A DNA stretch of 64,000 nucleotides, from assembly GCA_002439165.1 (NCBI GenBank), contig DJTE01000011.1, forward strand, positions 87,297 through 151,296, written 5' to 3'. The notes beneath the pieces are model-generated. The model was not told where the DNA came from, ran no database searches, and saw only the letters and a list, made by a program, of their open reading frames with translations. The stretch comes from Chryseobacterium indologenes (lineage in GTDB: Bacteria > Bacteroidota > Bacteroidia > Flavobacteriales > Weeksellaceae). The position numbers and the translations under genes were made by a program. Below, piece by piece: positions 9,584 through 19,359 of this stretch (within the stretch, counting starts at the first letter, position 1; each line of letters begins with the position of its first letter).

Positions 9584-10069
9584 TTAAGAAGGATCTACTA
9601 AGAATAATGGCTGGTCATATTCTACCGGAGTAGCATCATCTACCAGGATCTTAACGATCTTACCGCTGATCTCAGATTCGATCTGGTTGAATAATTTCAT
9701 TGCTTCGATTACGCAAACCGTTTTTCCGATGGAAACTTCATCTCCTACATTTACGAATACATCTTTATCCGGGGATGGCTTTCTGTAGAAAGTACCGATC
9801 ATTGGAGACTTGATCGCTACATATTTGCTGTCATCAGAAGCTGCCTCTGCTTTTTCAGCCGGAGCTGCTGCCGGAGTAGCTGCCGCCGGTGCAGGTGCTG
9901 CTACTGCCTGAGGAGCGGTGTGGTAAACAGCAGGCTGTGCATATACTGCGTCGCTTCCCGCTAATGGAGTTTTAATAGTGATTTCGAAATCTTTAGTCTT
10001 GTATTTTACTTCCGAAACTTCAGCTTTGGATACAAACTTGATAAGATTCTGTATGTCTTTAATGTCCAT
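9584..10069 (-). CDS. accB: acetyl-CoA carboxylase biotin carboxyl carrier protein
   Basis: Ala/Pro-rich linker and the biotinylation motif CVIEAMKLFNQIES. Confidence 0.95.
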   Translation of the reverse strand: MDIKDIQNLIKFVSKAEVSEVKYKTKDFEITIKTPLAGSDAVYAQPAVYHTAPQAVAAPAPAAATPAAAPAEKAEAASDDSKYVAIKSPMIGTFYRKPSPDKDVFVNVGDEVSIGKTVCVIEAMKLFNQIESEISGKIVKILVDDATPVEYDQPLFLVDPS

Positions 10070-10196
10070 AAATTTGATATTTGATTTTGGGCCAAAGATA
10101 CCAAAAAAACATAAAAAACAACAAAAAACCGCCTAATTTTATCAAAATTGAGCGGTTTTTGTATTAAAATGAGGCTTTTTCAGCGAAAAGCGACTC

Positions 10197-10400
10197 TTAG
10201 TTTTCTTCAGTAGTTGCTACTTCTTTTTCCAATACTACTTTACCTCTGTAGTAAAGTTTTCCTTCATGCCAGTGAGCTCTGTGGTAAAGGTGAAGCTCTC
10301 CTGTTGTTGCATCTTTAGCTAATTGAGGAACTACGGCTTTGTAGTGAGTTCTTCTCTTATCTCTTCTTGTAGACGACTGTCTTCTCTTTGGATGTGCCAT
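10197..10400 (-). CDS. rpmF: 50S ribosomal protein L32
   Basis: [22 protein letters not shown]-terminus; follows the yceD-like gene as in many bacteria. Confidence 0.9.
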   Translation of the reverse strand: MAHPKRRQSSTRRDKRRTHYKAVVPQLAKDATTGELHLYHRAHWHEGKLYYRGKVVLEKEVATTEEN

Positions 10401-10467
10401 TTTGTAATAACTTTTTTAATTGATGAGCGATGAGATTCATCATCTCATCATATTTAAATTATTTTAT

Positions 10468-10998
10468 TTAATTATTGTCTCTTAACTTTTTCAAGGCATC
10501 CCAACGGGGATCGCTTTCATGTTCTTCCTCTTCTGTTTCCTCAATATCTTTCGGGCTGAACTGATCAAGGAGTTCCAGATCTTCATCACTTACATTCGGT
10601 GAAAGTTTTTTCATCGGGATAGAAAGCTGTACGTCTTCGTAAATCAGCTGTGCCGCATTAAAGGCATGGTCTCCCGCCGGGATTGTGATTACATCTTCTT
10701 CGCTGTCATCATATTCTTCCCCGAATTTTACCAGAACCCTGATCTGGTTTTCAATGGGATAGTCGAATGCTTCATTGGTAATATCACAAATCAGCTCCAC
10801 TGTTCCATGTACTTTGATCTCAAACTCTAAAAAAGTAGTGTGTTTTTCTAAAAGAATATCCACTTCTATTTTAGGATTTGTAAATTCCTGTTCAGTGTCA
10901 AATAATTGAAAGAACGTTTTATCTATCTCAAATTTGAACTCGTGCCTTCCGTTTTTTAGTCCGGAAAAGCTTACGTCATAGTTTCTTAACTTGTCCAT
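10468..10998 (-). CDS. YceD/DUF177 family protein (23S rRNA accumulation protein-like)
   Basis: Acidic 176-aa protein directly upstream of rpmF (conserved yceD-rpmF pairing). The track start at 11013 is TTG; the first ATG is at 10998 (MDKLRNYDV). Confidence 0.75.
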   Translation of the reverse strand: MDKLRNYDVSFSGLKNGRHEFKFEIDKTFFQLFDTEQEFTNPKIEVDILLEKHTTFLEFEIKVHGTVELICDITNEAFDYPIENQIRVLVKFGEEYDDSEEDVITIPAGDHAFNAAQLIYEDVQLSIPMKKLSPNVSDEDLELLDQFSPKDIEETEEEEHESDPRWDALKKLRDNN

Positions 10999-11083
10999 AA
11001 AATGAGTGTGCAAAAATATGCATTTTTTTTATAATAACAAATAAAATCCATCACAAATTAATTTTAAAATTTGTTTTAACGGT

Positions 11084-12175
11084 TTATGCTTCAGTTTCCT
11101 CTGGAAGATCCTCGTCTATTCCATTATCAACAGCCATTTTTCGCGGCTGCAGACGGTTGTTCATCAGATCATTGTATTCACTTCTGTTTTTAAAAATCTG
11201 GATGGCAGTAAAGATCGCTTCCGTAAAACTCTGCTCATCTGCTATGTTCTTTCCTGCAATGTCATAGGCTACGCCATGGTCAGGAGAAGTTCTGATGAAC
11301 GGTAGTGCTGCAGTATAATTTACCCCTTCTTCATAAGCCAGTGTTTTAAAAGGAGCAAGCCCCTGATCGTGATACATTGCCAGAACTGCATCAAAATTCC
11401 TGTATTTGTTGGGCTGGAAGAAACTGTCGGCAGGAAATGGTCCGAAAGCAAGGATGCCATTGTCTGAAAGCTCTTTTATTGCCGGCTGAATGATCTCAAT
11501 TTCTTCAGTACCTATAACGCCTCCGTCTCCTGCATGAGGATTCAGTCCCAATACTGCAATTTTCGGTTTCTGAATGCAGAAATCTTCAATTAATGTCTGG
11601 TTCAGGGCTCTGATCTGCTTTTTGATCTTTTCTTTTGAAATATTTTCCGCTACCTGTGCAATAGGAATATGGTGCGTGGAAACAGCAACTTTTAAATCGT
11701 CGGTTACCAGGAACATCAGTCCTTTTTTGCTGAATTTTTCTTCAAAATATCCCGTATGTCCGGCATGCTTAAAGCCCATTTTTACCATTTCATCTTTGTT
11801 GATAGGAGCGGTGACAAGAACATCAATATCTCCTTTCATTAAAGCTTCAGTCGCCATTTCCAGGGAATCAATGGCCATTCTGGTGGATTCTTCCGTAGGA
11901 ACTCCCAGTTCCACATTCACATTTTCTTTGGTAAGGTTTACCATATTCAGCTTTCCGCCCTGAGCCTGTGAAGCTTCATTGATGTAATTGAAGTTCAGAT
12001 TGAGTTTGAAAATATTTTTCTGATAGGTAAATAATTTTCCCGAACCAAAAATCACCGGAGTGAAAAAATCCGTAATGGTTTTGTCTTTCAGAGACTTCAT
12101 AATGATCTCAGGACCGATGCCATTGAAATCACCGATTGAAATTCCTACTCGTACTTTATGGTTTTTTGGGCTCAT
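11084..12175 (-). CDS. pdxA: 4-hydroxythreonine-4-phosphate dehydrogenase
   Basis: GISIGDFNGIGPEI..., HAGHTGY, LGLNPHAGDGG and TSPDHG motifs of PdxA. Confidence 0.9.
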   Translation of the reverse strand: MSPKNHKVRVGISIGDFNGIGPEIIMKSLKDKTITDFFTPVIFGSGKLFTYQKNIFKLNLNFNYINEASQAQGGKLNMVNLTKENVNVELGVPTEESTRMAIDSLEMATEALMKGDIDVLVTAPINKDEMVKMGFKHAGHTGYFEEKFSKKGLMFLVTDDLKVAVSTHHIPIAQVAENISKEKIKKQIRALNQTLIEDFCIQKPKIAVLGLNPHAGDGGVIGTEEIEIIQPAIKELSDNGILAFGPFPADSFFQPNKYRNFDAVLAMYHDQGLAPFKTLAYEEGVNYTAALPFIRTSPDHGVAYDIAGKNIADEQSFTEAIFTAIQIFKNRSEYNDLMNNRLQPRKMAVDNGIDEDLPEETEA

Positions 12176-12223
12176 TTTGATTATCTTTGAAGATTATAAT
12201 GTACAAATTTAGCAAAAAATAAT

Positions 12224-12808
12224 ATGTTCACAGGAATTATTGAGGCAGTAGGCGTAATTGAAAAGATAGAAGAAAAAGGAAGCAACATAGATTTTACCCT
12301 TACATGCCCGTTTACCAACGAGCTGAAGATAGATCAGAGCCTGGCGCATAACGGATGCTGCCTTACCGTTGTAGAGATTAAGGAAAGCCATTATGTGGTA
12401 ACGGCTATCAGCGAAACATTAGAAAAAACCAATCTTGGAAAATGGGATGTGGGTACGGTAGTAAACCTTGAAAGATGTATGAAGATGGACGGAAGACTGG
12501 ACGGGCATATTGTTCAGGGACATGTTGATAAAACGGGTGAAGTAGTGGGAATAGAAAATAAAGACGGCAGCTATTTTGTGACCATCCGGTATGAGGATGA
12601 CGGAAATTTTGTAACCGTTCCGCAGGGATCAATTACCGTAAACGGAATCAGCCTTACAGTGGCAAAAAGCGAAGAGAAACAGTTTTCAGTAGCTATTATT
12701 CCATATACCTGGGAATTTACCAATATGCAGCATCTCAGAACAGGAGATAAAGTTAATTTAGAATTTGACATCATTGGTAAGTATATTGCTAGGTTAATTA
12801 AAAAGTAG
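12224..12808 (+). CDS. ribE: riboflavin synthase (alpha chain)
   Basis: MFTGIIEAVG N-terminus plus the duplicated lumazine-binding repeat (GSITVNGISLTV). Confidence 0.9.
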   Translation: MFTGIIEAVGVIEKIEEKGSNIDFTLTCPFTNELKIDQSLAHNGCCLTVVEIKESHYVVTAISETLEKTNLGKWDVGTVVNLERCMKMDGRLDGHIVQGHVDKTGEVVGIENKDGSYFVTIRYEDDGNFVTVPQGSITVNGISLTVAKSEEKQFSVAIIPYTWEFTNMQHLRTGDKVNLEFDIIGKYIARLIKK

Positions 12809-12809
12809 A

Positions 12810-14264
12810 ATGCCAATCAGTAAATACAAAGGATACAGTTTAAGGAACCGGGTATTTTTCGGTTTTCTGCTGGTATGTTTTTTAAGTGTTGTGGCTACAT
12901 CGCTTGTGCCTTATTTTGTCCTGAGAAAGAATTCCCAGGAACAGAGCAATATTGAAATGCAGGAGAAAACCAATGCGGTAATGAGGTTCCTGGATTATGC
13001 GGTAAGCCGTACCCTTGTAAAGACAGAAGACCTTCCAAAAGTTTTAGGAAACAAGATTTTCGAAATTGCAGACATCAATCAGCACGATATTGTTATTTAT
13101 GATCTGAAGGGGAATTACCTTCTTTCCAATAAAGATGAAAGCCAGGTAGATCAGAAAGCAATTCCTATCTATATTGTCAATAAAATTCTGGCTACTGAAG
13201 CCAGGGTTGATATCAGGGGATATGACAAAACAAAAGAAGCCGGTCTCACTTCTTCTTATCTGCTTTTGAAAAACAATGATCTTGAGCCTATCGGTATTGT
13301 ATATATTCCTTTGTACCACAATGAATCCGCTTATTTTGATGTTCTGAACCAGTTTGTGAAGTATATTCTTCTGGTGGATATTTTCCTTATTCTTTTCAGT
13401 ATCTGGATCAGCTGGGTGACTTCTAACGGTCTGGCGAAAAATATTACGAAGTTTTCTGATATGATTACGCGGATCACTCTCTTTGAAAACGAAATGCGTC
13501 CCATCAGATATTATAAAAATGATGAATTGAATGCTCTGGCCAGGGCTTATAACAGGATGATCCTTCAGATTCAGGACCAGAAAGAAAGGCTTCGTTTCAA
13601 GGCTTCGGAAGAAGCATGGCGTGAAATGGCCAAACAGGTGGCGCATGAAGTGAAAAACCCGCTTACTCCGATGAAGCTTACCATTCAGAATTTTGAAAGA
13701 AAATTTGACCCTGAAGATCCTAATATCAGGGAAAGAGTAAAACAGATGAGCAAAACAATGGTAGATCAGATCGATCTTATTGCTACTGTGGCATCTGCCT
13801 TCTCCGAATTTGCCAAGCTTCCTGAAAAAAATAATGAAGTGATCAACCTGAATACGGAAGTGGAAGATATTCTTCGTGTCTTCAATGATGACAGCATCTT
13901 TATGCATTCCAATAAGGGGAATATTATGATCAATATGGACAGGATTTACCTTTCCAGGATTATTACCAATCTTGTTACAAATGCCAAGCAGGCGGAGAGT
14001 GACGAGAGAAAGCTGATCATTAATGTGGATGTGGAGCAGCACCAGAGAAGGGTGATGATCTCTGTACAGGATAACGGAATCGGAATTCCTGAAAATATGT
14101 ACGAAAGGATTTTTGAGCCGAATTTCACCTCCAAAAACAGCGGCATGGGGCTTGGTCTTTCTATGGTAAGAAAAATGATTGAAGACTATAAAGGAGAAAT
14201 CACGGTGAGATCGGAAGTAGGAAAAGGTTCCACATTCATTATTACATTACCTACCAATTTATAG
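12810..14264 (+). CDS. sensor histidine kinase (two TM segments, HAMP, HisKA, HATPase_c)
   Basis: H-box MAKQVAHEVKNPLTPM, N-box ITNLVTNAKQA, G-boxes DNGIGIP and GMGLGLSMV. No response regulator lies adjacent. Confidence 0.9.
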   Translation: MPISKYKGYSLRNRVFFGFLLVCFLSVVATSLVPYFVLRKNSQEQSNIEMQEKTNAVMRFLDYAVSRTLVKTEDLPKVLGNKIFEIADINQHDIVIYDLKGNYLLSNKDESQVDQKAIPIYIVNKILATEARVDIRGYDKTKEAGLTSSYLLLKNNDLEPIGIVYIPLYHNESAYFDVLNQFVKYILLVDIFLILFSIWISWVTSNGLAKNITKFSDMITRITLFENEMRPIRYYKNDELNALARAYNRMILQIQDQKERLRFKASEEAWREMAKQVAHEVKNPLTPMKLTIQNFERKFDPEDPNIRERVKQMSKTMVDQIDLIATVASAFSEFAKLPEKNNEVINLNTEVEDILRVFNDDSIFMHSNKGNIMINMDRIYLSRIITNLVTNAKQAESDERKLIINVDVEQHQRRVMISVQDNGIGIPENMYERIFEPNFTSKNSGMGLGLSMVRKMIEDYKGEITVRSEVGKGSTFIITLPTNL

Positions 14265-14965
14265 TGAAGTCTTTTATATTTAAGCATTTTGAAATCCGGC
14301 AGTCAAAAGAGGTCTTCCGGGTCGGAACAGATGGTGTGCTTCTGGGAGCGCTGGCGGGTGTGGAAAATGCTTCCCGTGTTCTGGAAATCGGAACAGGAAC
14401 CGGGCTGATCTCTCTGATGCTTGCCCAAAGAAACAGGACGGCTTCTTTTCTTGGGCTGGATATCAACGGTGAGGCAGCTGCGCTTACAAAATCCAATTTT
14501 GAAAATTCTCCCTATCATTCAAGGCTCGCTCATCTGCATCAGGATCTGAAGATGTTTGAAACAGGAGAAAAGTTCAGTTTTATTGTTTCCAACCCTCCTT
14601 ATTTTGAAGAATCCGGATCTGAAAAAGATAAGATCGCCCGTCAGACCGTCGAGCTGAATTTCAGGCAGCTTATAGAAGCTTCTGTAAAGTTTCTGGCAGA
14701 AGACGGAATTCTGTCTGTGATTATTCCTGCGGAAGTGGGAGAAGAGTTTATCAGGATGGCTGATGAAAACCGGCTGTTTTTAATACGAAGAATCAATATT
14801 CAGGGGATTGAAAATTCAAAGGTAAAAAGGCTTATTCTTGAATTTTCTTTAACTGAAAGGCCTCTGTCTGAGTCTGCTTTTATAATAGAAAAAAGTCCGA
14901 GACAATACTCGGACCAATATCTTGAACTCACCAAAGAGTTTCATGTCTTTAAGAACAAAGATTAA
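14264..14965 (+). CDS. tRNA (adenine-N6)-methyltransferase, TrmN6/YfiC-like
   Basis: SAM motif VLEIGTGTGLISLMLAQR and catalytic NPPYF. GTG start overlaps the kinase stop (TAGTG). Confidence 0.75.
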   Translation: MKSFIFKHFEIRQSKEVFRVGTDGVLLGALAGVENASRVLEIGTGTGLISLMLAQRNRTASFLGLDINGEAAALTKSNFENSPYHSRLAHLHQDLKMFETGEKFSFIVSNPPYFEESGSEKDKIARQTVELNFRQLIEASVKFLAEDGILSVIIPAEVGEEFIRMADENRLFLIRRINIQGIENSKVKRLILEFSLTERPLSESAFIIEKSPRQYSDQYLELTKEFHVFKNKD

Positions 14966-14990
14966 CGGATATTTTACTTTTCCGGTTTTC

Positions 14991-15701
14991 CTATTCAAAT
15001 AATTCAGTGGTATCCAGGACGGATACTTTTCCGTCTTCACATCTTATCGCTTCTCCCGGAAAATTCTGGATCATATGATAATCGTGGGTTGCCATTACTA
15101 CTGCTGCTCCGTTTTCAAGGGCAACCTGTTTCAGTAAGGTCATGATTTCGTTGGAGGTTTCCGGGTCAAGGTTTCCGGTAGGCTCATCTGCAAGGATAAG
15201 GTCCGGGTGGTTCAGTAAGGCTCTGGCAATAGCAATACGCTGCTGTTCTCCTCCGGAAAGTTCATGCGGCATTTTATGCTTTTTACTCTTCATATTTACG
15301 CTTCCCAATACCTCGTTGATGCGGTCTTCCATTTTGGTCTTATCGCTCCATCCTGTGGCTTCAAGAACGAATCTCAGATTCTTTTCAACAGTTCTGTCGG
15401 AAAGAAGCTGAAAGTCCTGGAATACGATTCCCAGTTTTCTCCTCAGGTTAGGGATGTCAGAAGGTCTGAGCTTGGCAAGATCAAAACCAACCACTGCCCC
15501 GTGTCCTGATGCTAAAGGAATATGCCCGTAAAGTGTTTTCAGAAGGGAGCTTTTTCCGGAACCTGTCTTTCCGATAAGGTAGCAGAATCTGCCTTTTTTA
15601 ATGTTAAGGTTAACATCAGAAAGAACAGTGAAGTTTTTTTGCGCAATTTTCGCGTGCTGTAAACTTATGATATTATCTCCGGAGATATTTGTATGTGGCA
15701 T
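14991..15701 (-). CDS. ftsE: cell division ATP-binding protein FtsE-like ABC ATPase
   Basis: Walker A GKTGSGKSS, signature LSGGEQQR, Walker B LILADEPT. Small soluble ABC ATPase with no fused permease. Confidence 0.75.
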   Translation of the reverse strand: MPHTNISGDNIISLQHAKIAQKNFTVLSDVNLNIKKGRFCYLIGKTGSGKSSLLKTLYGHIPLASGHGAVVGFDLAKLRPSDIPNLRRKLGIVFQDFQLLSDRTVEKNLRFVLEATGWSDKTKMEDRINEVLGSVNMKSKKHKMPHELSGGEQQRIAIARALLNHPDLILADEPTGNLDPETSNEIMTLLKQVALENGAAVVMATHDYHMIQNFPGEAIRCEDGKVSVLDTTELFE

Positions 15702-15799
15702 AATTCGATTTTAACGTGCTATTTCTAAAATATTTTTTGAGATCTTAAAAATAGAAAAAAGAAGCTTAAAGAACCTAAATTTTAGTAAATTTTAACAAC

Positions 15800-15831
15800 A
15801 AAAAATGCCTGAAAAACTTCTTTTCAAGCAT
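15800..15831 (-). terminator. rho-independent terminator after rpmH
   Basis: The minus-strand RNA AUGCUUGAAAA-GAAG-UUUUUCAGGCAU forms an 11-bp stem with one G-U pair, followed by a U-run. Confidence 0.6.
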
Positions 15832-15855
15832 GATTTGTATATGATAATATAGAAA

Positions 15856-16014
15856 TTATCTCTTAGCGCGTGCAGCACTTACAGTTAATCTCTTTCTGCC
15901 TTTAGCTCTTCTTGCAGCCAAAACTCTTCTCCCATTTGGCGTAGACATTCTTTCTCTGAAACCGTGTTTGTTTCTTTTCTTTCTTTCTGATGGCTGGAAT
16001 GTTCTTTTACTCAT
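15856..16014 (-). CDS. rpmH: 50S ribosomal protein L34
   Basis: Own translation gives [52 protein letters not shown] (52 aa). It is below the ORF-track length cutoff. Confidence 0.95.
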   Translation of the reverse strand: MSKRTFQPSERKKRNKHGFRERMSTPNGRRVLAARRAKGRKRLTVSAARAKR

Positions 16015-16250
16015 TACTATATATTTAAATCGTAATTATATCTATTAATTTTCAGGTTGCAAAGATATAGAAAAAAATATAAGTTACAAACTTTAGCTCT
16101 CTTTTTTTGAAATTATTTAATAGGTTTTTTAATCAGTTACTTACAAATCCCGAAGGAAAGGCCGATTGCGGATACAAAAATAATATTTAAATGATTTGTT
16201 TAAAAGCTCTATCTTTGAAAACTCAAATTTAAAGAAAAACAGAACACCGG

Positions 16251-17258
16251 ATGTTTACACCTGCAGAACTTTTAGAAATCAATACATTACTTGCACCAGA
16301 AAAGAAGATTGTTATCCTTACCCATTATAATCCGGATGGGGATGCTATTGGTTCCAGTCTTGGACTGAAGCATTTTCTGAAAGCAAAAGGTATTTCTGCG
16401 GAAGTTATTGTTCCCAATGATTTTCCGAAATTTCTGAAATGGATGCCGGAAGCAAAGAAAGTGATTATCGGGGAATACAAAAGAAAACTGGCATTCGATA
16501 TGATCAGCAGTGCGGACGTGATTTTCTGCCTTGATTTTAATTCTCCTTCCAGAATAGGGATCCTGGGAGAATGGCTGACGAAAGCCACTGCCAGAAAAAT
16601 CCTGATCGATCACCATCAGCAGCCGGAAAATTTTGATTTTGTTTATTCTGATACTGTTATTCCTGCGACCTCCCAGATGATCTATCATTTCATTGAAGCC
16701 CTGGATGAGGAGCATCTGGTAAATCTTGATATGGCAGAATGTCTGTATACAGGGATTATGACCGATACAGGAGGTTTCCGTTTCCGTTCCACAAGTGCGG
16801 CCACTCACAGGATTATTGCAAATTTAATAGAAAAAGGAGCAGACCCGTCTGTAATTACCTCCAATACCTGGGATACCAACACGGTTTCCCGCCTTCATCT
16901 CCTTGCCCTGGTATTGGGAAGAATAGAAGTGGTGAATGACGGAAAAGTGGCTGTTCTGTCGCTGACAAGAAATGAACTTAAAGAATTCGGTTTCCAGAAG
17001 GGGGATACGGAAGGTTTTGTAAACTATGGATTAAGCATTGCCGGAGTGAAGATGTCTGCTTTCTTTATGGAAGATCTGTATGAAGATTTTATTAAAATTT
17101 CTTTCAGAAGCAAGGATGATGTAGATGTTAACCGGTTTTCCAGAAAATATTTCAATGGCGGTGGCCATATCAATGCTGCCGGAGGAAAATCTTACGGCTC
17201 TCTGAAAAATACGATCAGTGATTTCAAAAGTTATCTTGAAAAAGATGAACTTTATTAG
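16251..17258 (+). CDS. DHH-family phosphoesterase (NrnA-like oligoribonuclease / pAp phosphatase)
   Basis: DHH motifs ILTHYNPDGDAIGS and LIDHHQ, plus the DHHA1 C-terminal GGGHINAAGG. Confidence 0.85.
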   Translation: MFTPAELLEINTLLAPEKKIVILTHYNPDGDAIGSSLGLKHFLKAKGISAEVIVPNDFPKFLKWMPEAKKVIIGEYKRKLAFDMISSADVIFCLDFNSPSRIGILGEWLTKATARKILIDHHQQPENFDFVYSDTVIPATSQMIYHFIEALDEEHLVNLDMAECLYTGIMTDTGGFRFRSTSAATHRIIANLIEKGADPSVITSNTWDTNTVSRLHLLALVLGRIEVVNDGKVAVLSLTRNELKEFGFQKGDTEGFVNYGLSIAGVKMSAFFMEDLYEDFIKISFRSKDDVDVNRFSRKYFNGGGHINAAGGKSYGSLKNTISDFKSYLEKDELY

Positions 17259-17749
17259 AAGTATCCTTAAATTTTATCCGGTATTATCTTGAAATGTACA
17301 GGCTCATTATGTATTAATGATTTTCTACATATCTTCAGTATGTCCTGCATTTACCTGTTGCTTACAGGTCAAAAGCCTGTTTTTAACTGATATACGCTGC
17401 TGTTTCCTGTTAAAAGGTTTGCTGTAAGTTTCTTTCTGTGGATTACATTTAAATCTTATCTGTGTAATCGTTCTGCTATTTTTTTCATCTTTTTAAAAAC
17501 AGTTTGTCCGGCGGATTACTGAAAAGGATGCCTCCCGGTTTTTCACGCTGATCTTTATTAATCATGAATATGGATTTTTCAAAGATATTCTTGATGGGTG
17601 AAATAATAGTTAATAAAAGTGTCTGATTATTTTTTAATATTTGTATTTTAATTGAAAAGATTATAAAAACATTAAAATATTTCATAATATGTAATTTGTT
17701 TAGTATTATTTTCGTAGATTAGATGGAACTTACTTAAAAACAATCTATT

Positions 17750-19342
17750 ATGAAAACAAAATTACTCGCGATGTTGTTTGCATTGCCATTCTTAGCAAGC
17801 GCACAGTTTTCTCAAAATTTTGACGCAGGGACCACAACTCCCACTGGTTGGACGGTTATTAACGGAGGAGATGCCAACGGCTTTATTTTTGGTCCCGGAG
17901 CTCCTAGAAGTGTTTATTCATTACCCAATGCGGCACAGATTAATTACAGTACCGCAGCTCATGATGATCTTTTGATTACTCCTGCAATTACTGTAACGGC
18001 AGGTGTTAACACAAGGCTGACTTACTTCGTAAAGAATCAGGACCCTAACTATGTGGAAAGCTATGCGGTAAAATTATCCACTACAACTCCTACTGCAGCA
18101 GCATTTACCACGGTATTAACACCGGTTGCCCCCGCTCCGAACCAATGGACTTTCTTTTCCATAGATCTGTCTTCCTACGTAGGGCAAACAGTATATGTAG
18201 GGTTTCATGCTACTTCGGCAGACATGTTTAGGTTGCTTTTTGATAATATTAATAGTGACGTTGCTCCTACTGTAATACCGAACTGCCCCGCATTGGTTTC
18301 TCCCGCTAACGCACAGACGGGTGTAAATCCAAATGCGGCAACATTAACGTGGACGGCTCCTGCTTCGGGTGCTGCGGTAGACAGCTATGAGCTGTACCTT
18401 GATACAAATCCGAATCCTACAACTCTGGTTCCGAGCAGTTATTTATTCGCAGATTTTAATAACCTGCTGGGGAATACAACATATTACTGGAAGGTAGTTG
18501 CTAAAAATGCAGCCGGTGTGGCGGTTTCATGTCAGACGAACAGTTTTACCACCGGACCTTCTTTTGCTCCTTACTGTTTTGGGAATTTATTGTTTACCAG
18601 CGGTGTTGAGCCGATTACCTCGGTTCAGTTCAGTAATATGAGCAATACATCTTCGGAATTACTTAACAGCCCTGCTCATGAGAACTATGCCAATAAAATA
18701 GCTACCGTGGAACAGGGAGGTACTTATCCGATTACTTTCAAAGGGAATACGGATGGAAATAATGCTACGAAATTTGTTGTATTCATAGACTGGAACCAGG
18801 ATGGAGATTTCCTTGATGCCGGCGAGATATATTTCAGTACCACCGGAACAGCCGTAACGCTGACCAACTCTACCGGAGTGGATACAAAAACAGCCACGGG
18901 AAATATCGTTGTTCCGGCTACGGCAACATTAGGAGCCACAAGAATGAGAGTTAAGAAGAATTATGCGACGGGCACCATTTTCTATTTAAGCCCTTGTTAT
19001 TCTTCAGGAGCAACGCTTACTTCTACTTCGGGAACTACCGGTTACGGTCAGGCTGAAGATTATACGGTGAATGTTGTTCCTGCAGGTTCACTCGCTGTTA
19101 ATGAAAGCAATACCAAACCTAAACTGGGAGTGTATCCGAATCCGGTGAAAGATATGTTGAATGTGTCAACGGCAGACAGAAAGATAACGGAAGTTTCATT
19201 CTATTCGGCTGACGGCAGGCTGGTGAAATCGGTTAAAGAAAATATTTCCGCGATCAATACTGATGATCTCAAATCAGGGGTGTACGTAGTGAAAGTAAAA
19301 ACATCAGATGCTGAACAGACGTTCAAAGTAATTAAAGAATAA
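17750..19342 (+). CDS. T9SS-secreted surface protein (N-terminal MAM/choice-of-anchor-J-like domain, Fn3-like, GEVED-like domain, type-A sorting CTD)
   Basis: Signal peptide, GEVED-like DWNQDGDF...GEIYF...TRMRV...GQAEDY, and C-terminal LGVYPNPVKDMLNV...GVYVVKVKT...FKVIKE. Confidence 0.8.
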   Translation: MKTKLLAMLFALPFLASAQFSQNFDAGTTTPTGWTVINGGDANGFIFGPGAPRSVYSLPNAAQINYSTAAHDDLLITPAITVTAGVNTRLTYFVKNQDPNYVESYAVKLSTTTPTAAAFTTVLTPVAPAPNQWTFFSIDLSSYVGQTVYVGFHATSADMFRLLFDNINSDVAPTVIPNCPALVSPANAQTGVNPNAATLTWTAPASGAAVDSYELYLDTNPNPTTLVPSSYLFADFNNLLGNTTYYWKVVAKNAAGVAVSCQTNSFTTGPSFAPYCFGNLLFTSGVEPITSVQFSNMSNTSSELLNSPAHENYANKIATVEQGGTYPITFKGNTDGNNATKFVVFIDWNQDGDFLDAGEIYFSTTGTAVTLTNSTGVDTKTATGNIVVPATATLGATRMRVKKNYATGTIFYLSPCYSSGATLTSTSGTTGYGQAEDYTVNVVPAGSLAVNESNTKPKLGVYPNPVKDMLNVSTADRKITEVSFYSADGRLVKSVKENISAINTDDLKSGVYVVKVKTSDAEQTFKVIKE

Positions 19343-19359
19343 TCTGATAACAATAGTAT

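Noticed and set aside
13044-14042. A 332-aa ORF antisense to the histidine kinase gene. Many other long antisense or overlapping ORFs appear in the track, e.g. 603..1022, 1544..2050, 2148..2702, 3885..4400, 11574..11963, 16287..16808, 34151..34597, 45356..45797, 54041..54493, 55520..55915, 57329..57739 and 59681..60145.
   Set aside because: These are shadow ORFs. The opposite strand carries unmistakable conserved motifs, and the antisense translations are low-complexity or hydrophobic junk with no motifs. Long stop-free antisense frames like these are not unusual opposite genuine coding sequence.
16015-16250. Possible oriC, because rpmH often neighbours dnaA/oriC.
   Set aside because: No TTATCCACA/TGTGGATAA DnaA boxes occur in the spacer, and no dnaA, dnaN or rnpA genes are in the window. 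A single near-match, TGTGGATTA, around 17440 is isolated.
17485-17685. A 66-aa ORF in the AT-rich spacer upstream of the T9SS gene.
   Set aside because: Its composition is that of AT-rich non-coding DNA (an Ile/Lys/Phe/Asn-rich peptide). It has no promoter box or terminator, and it lies on the opposite strand to both neighbours.
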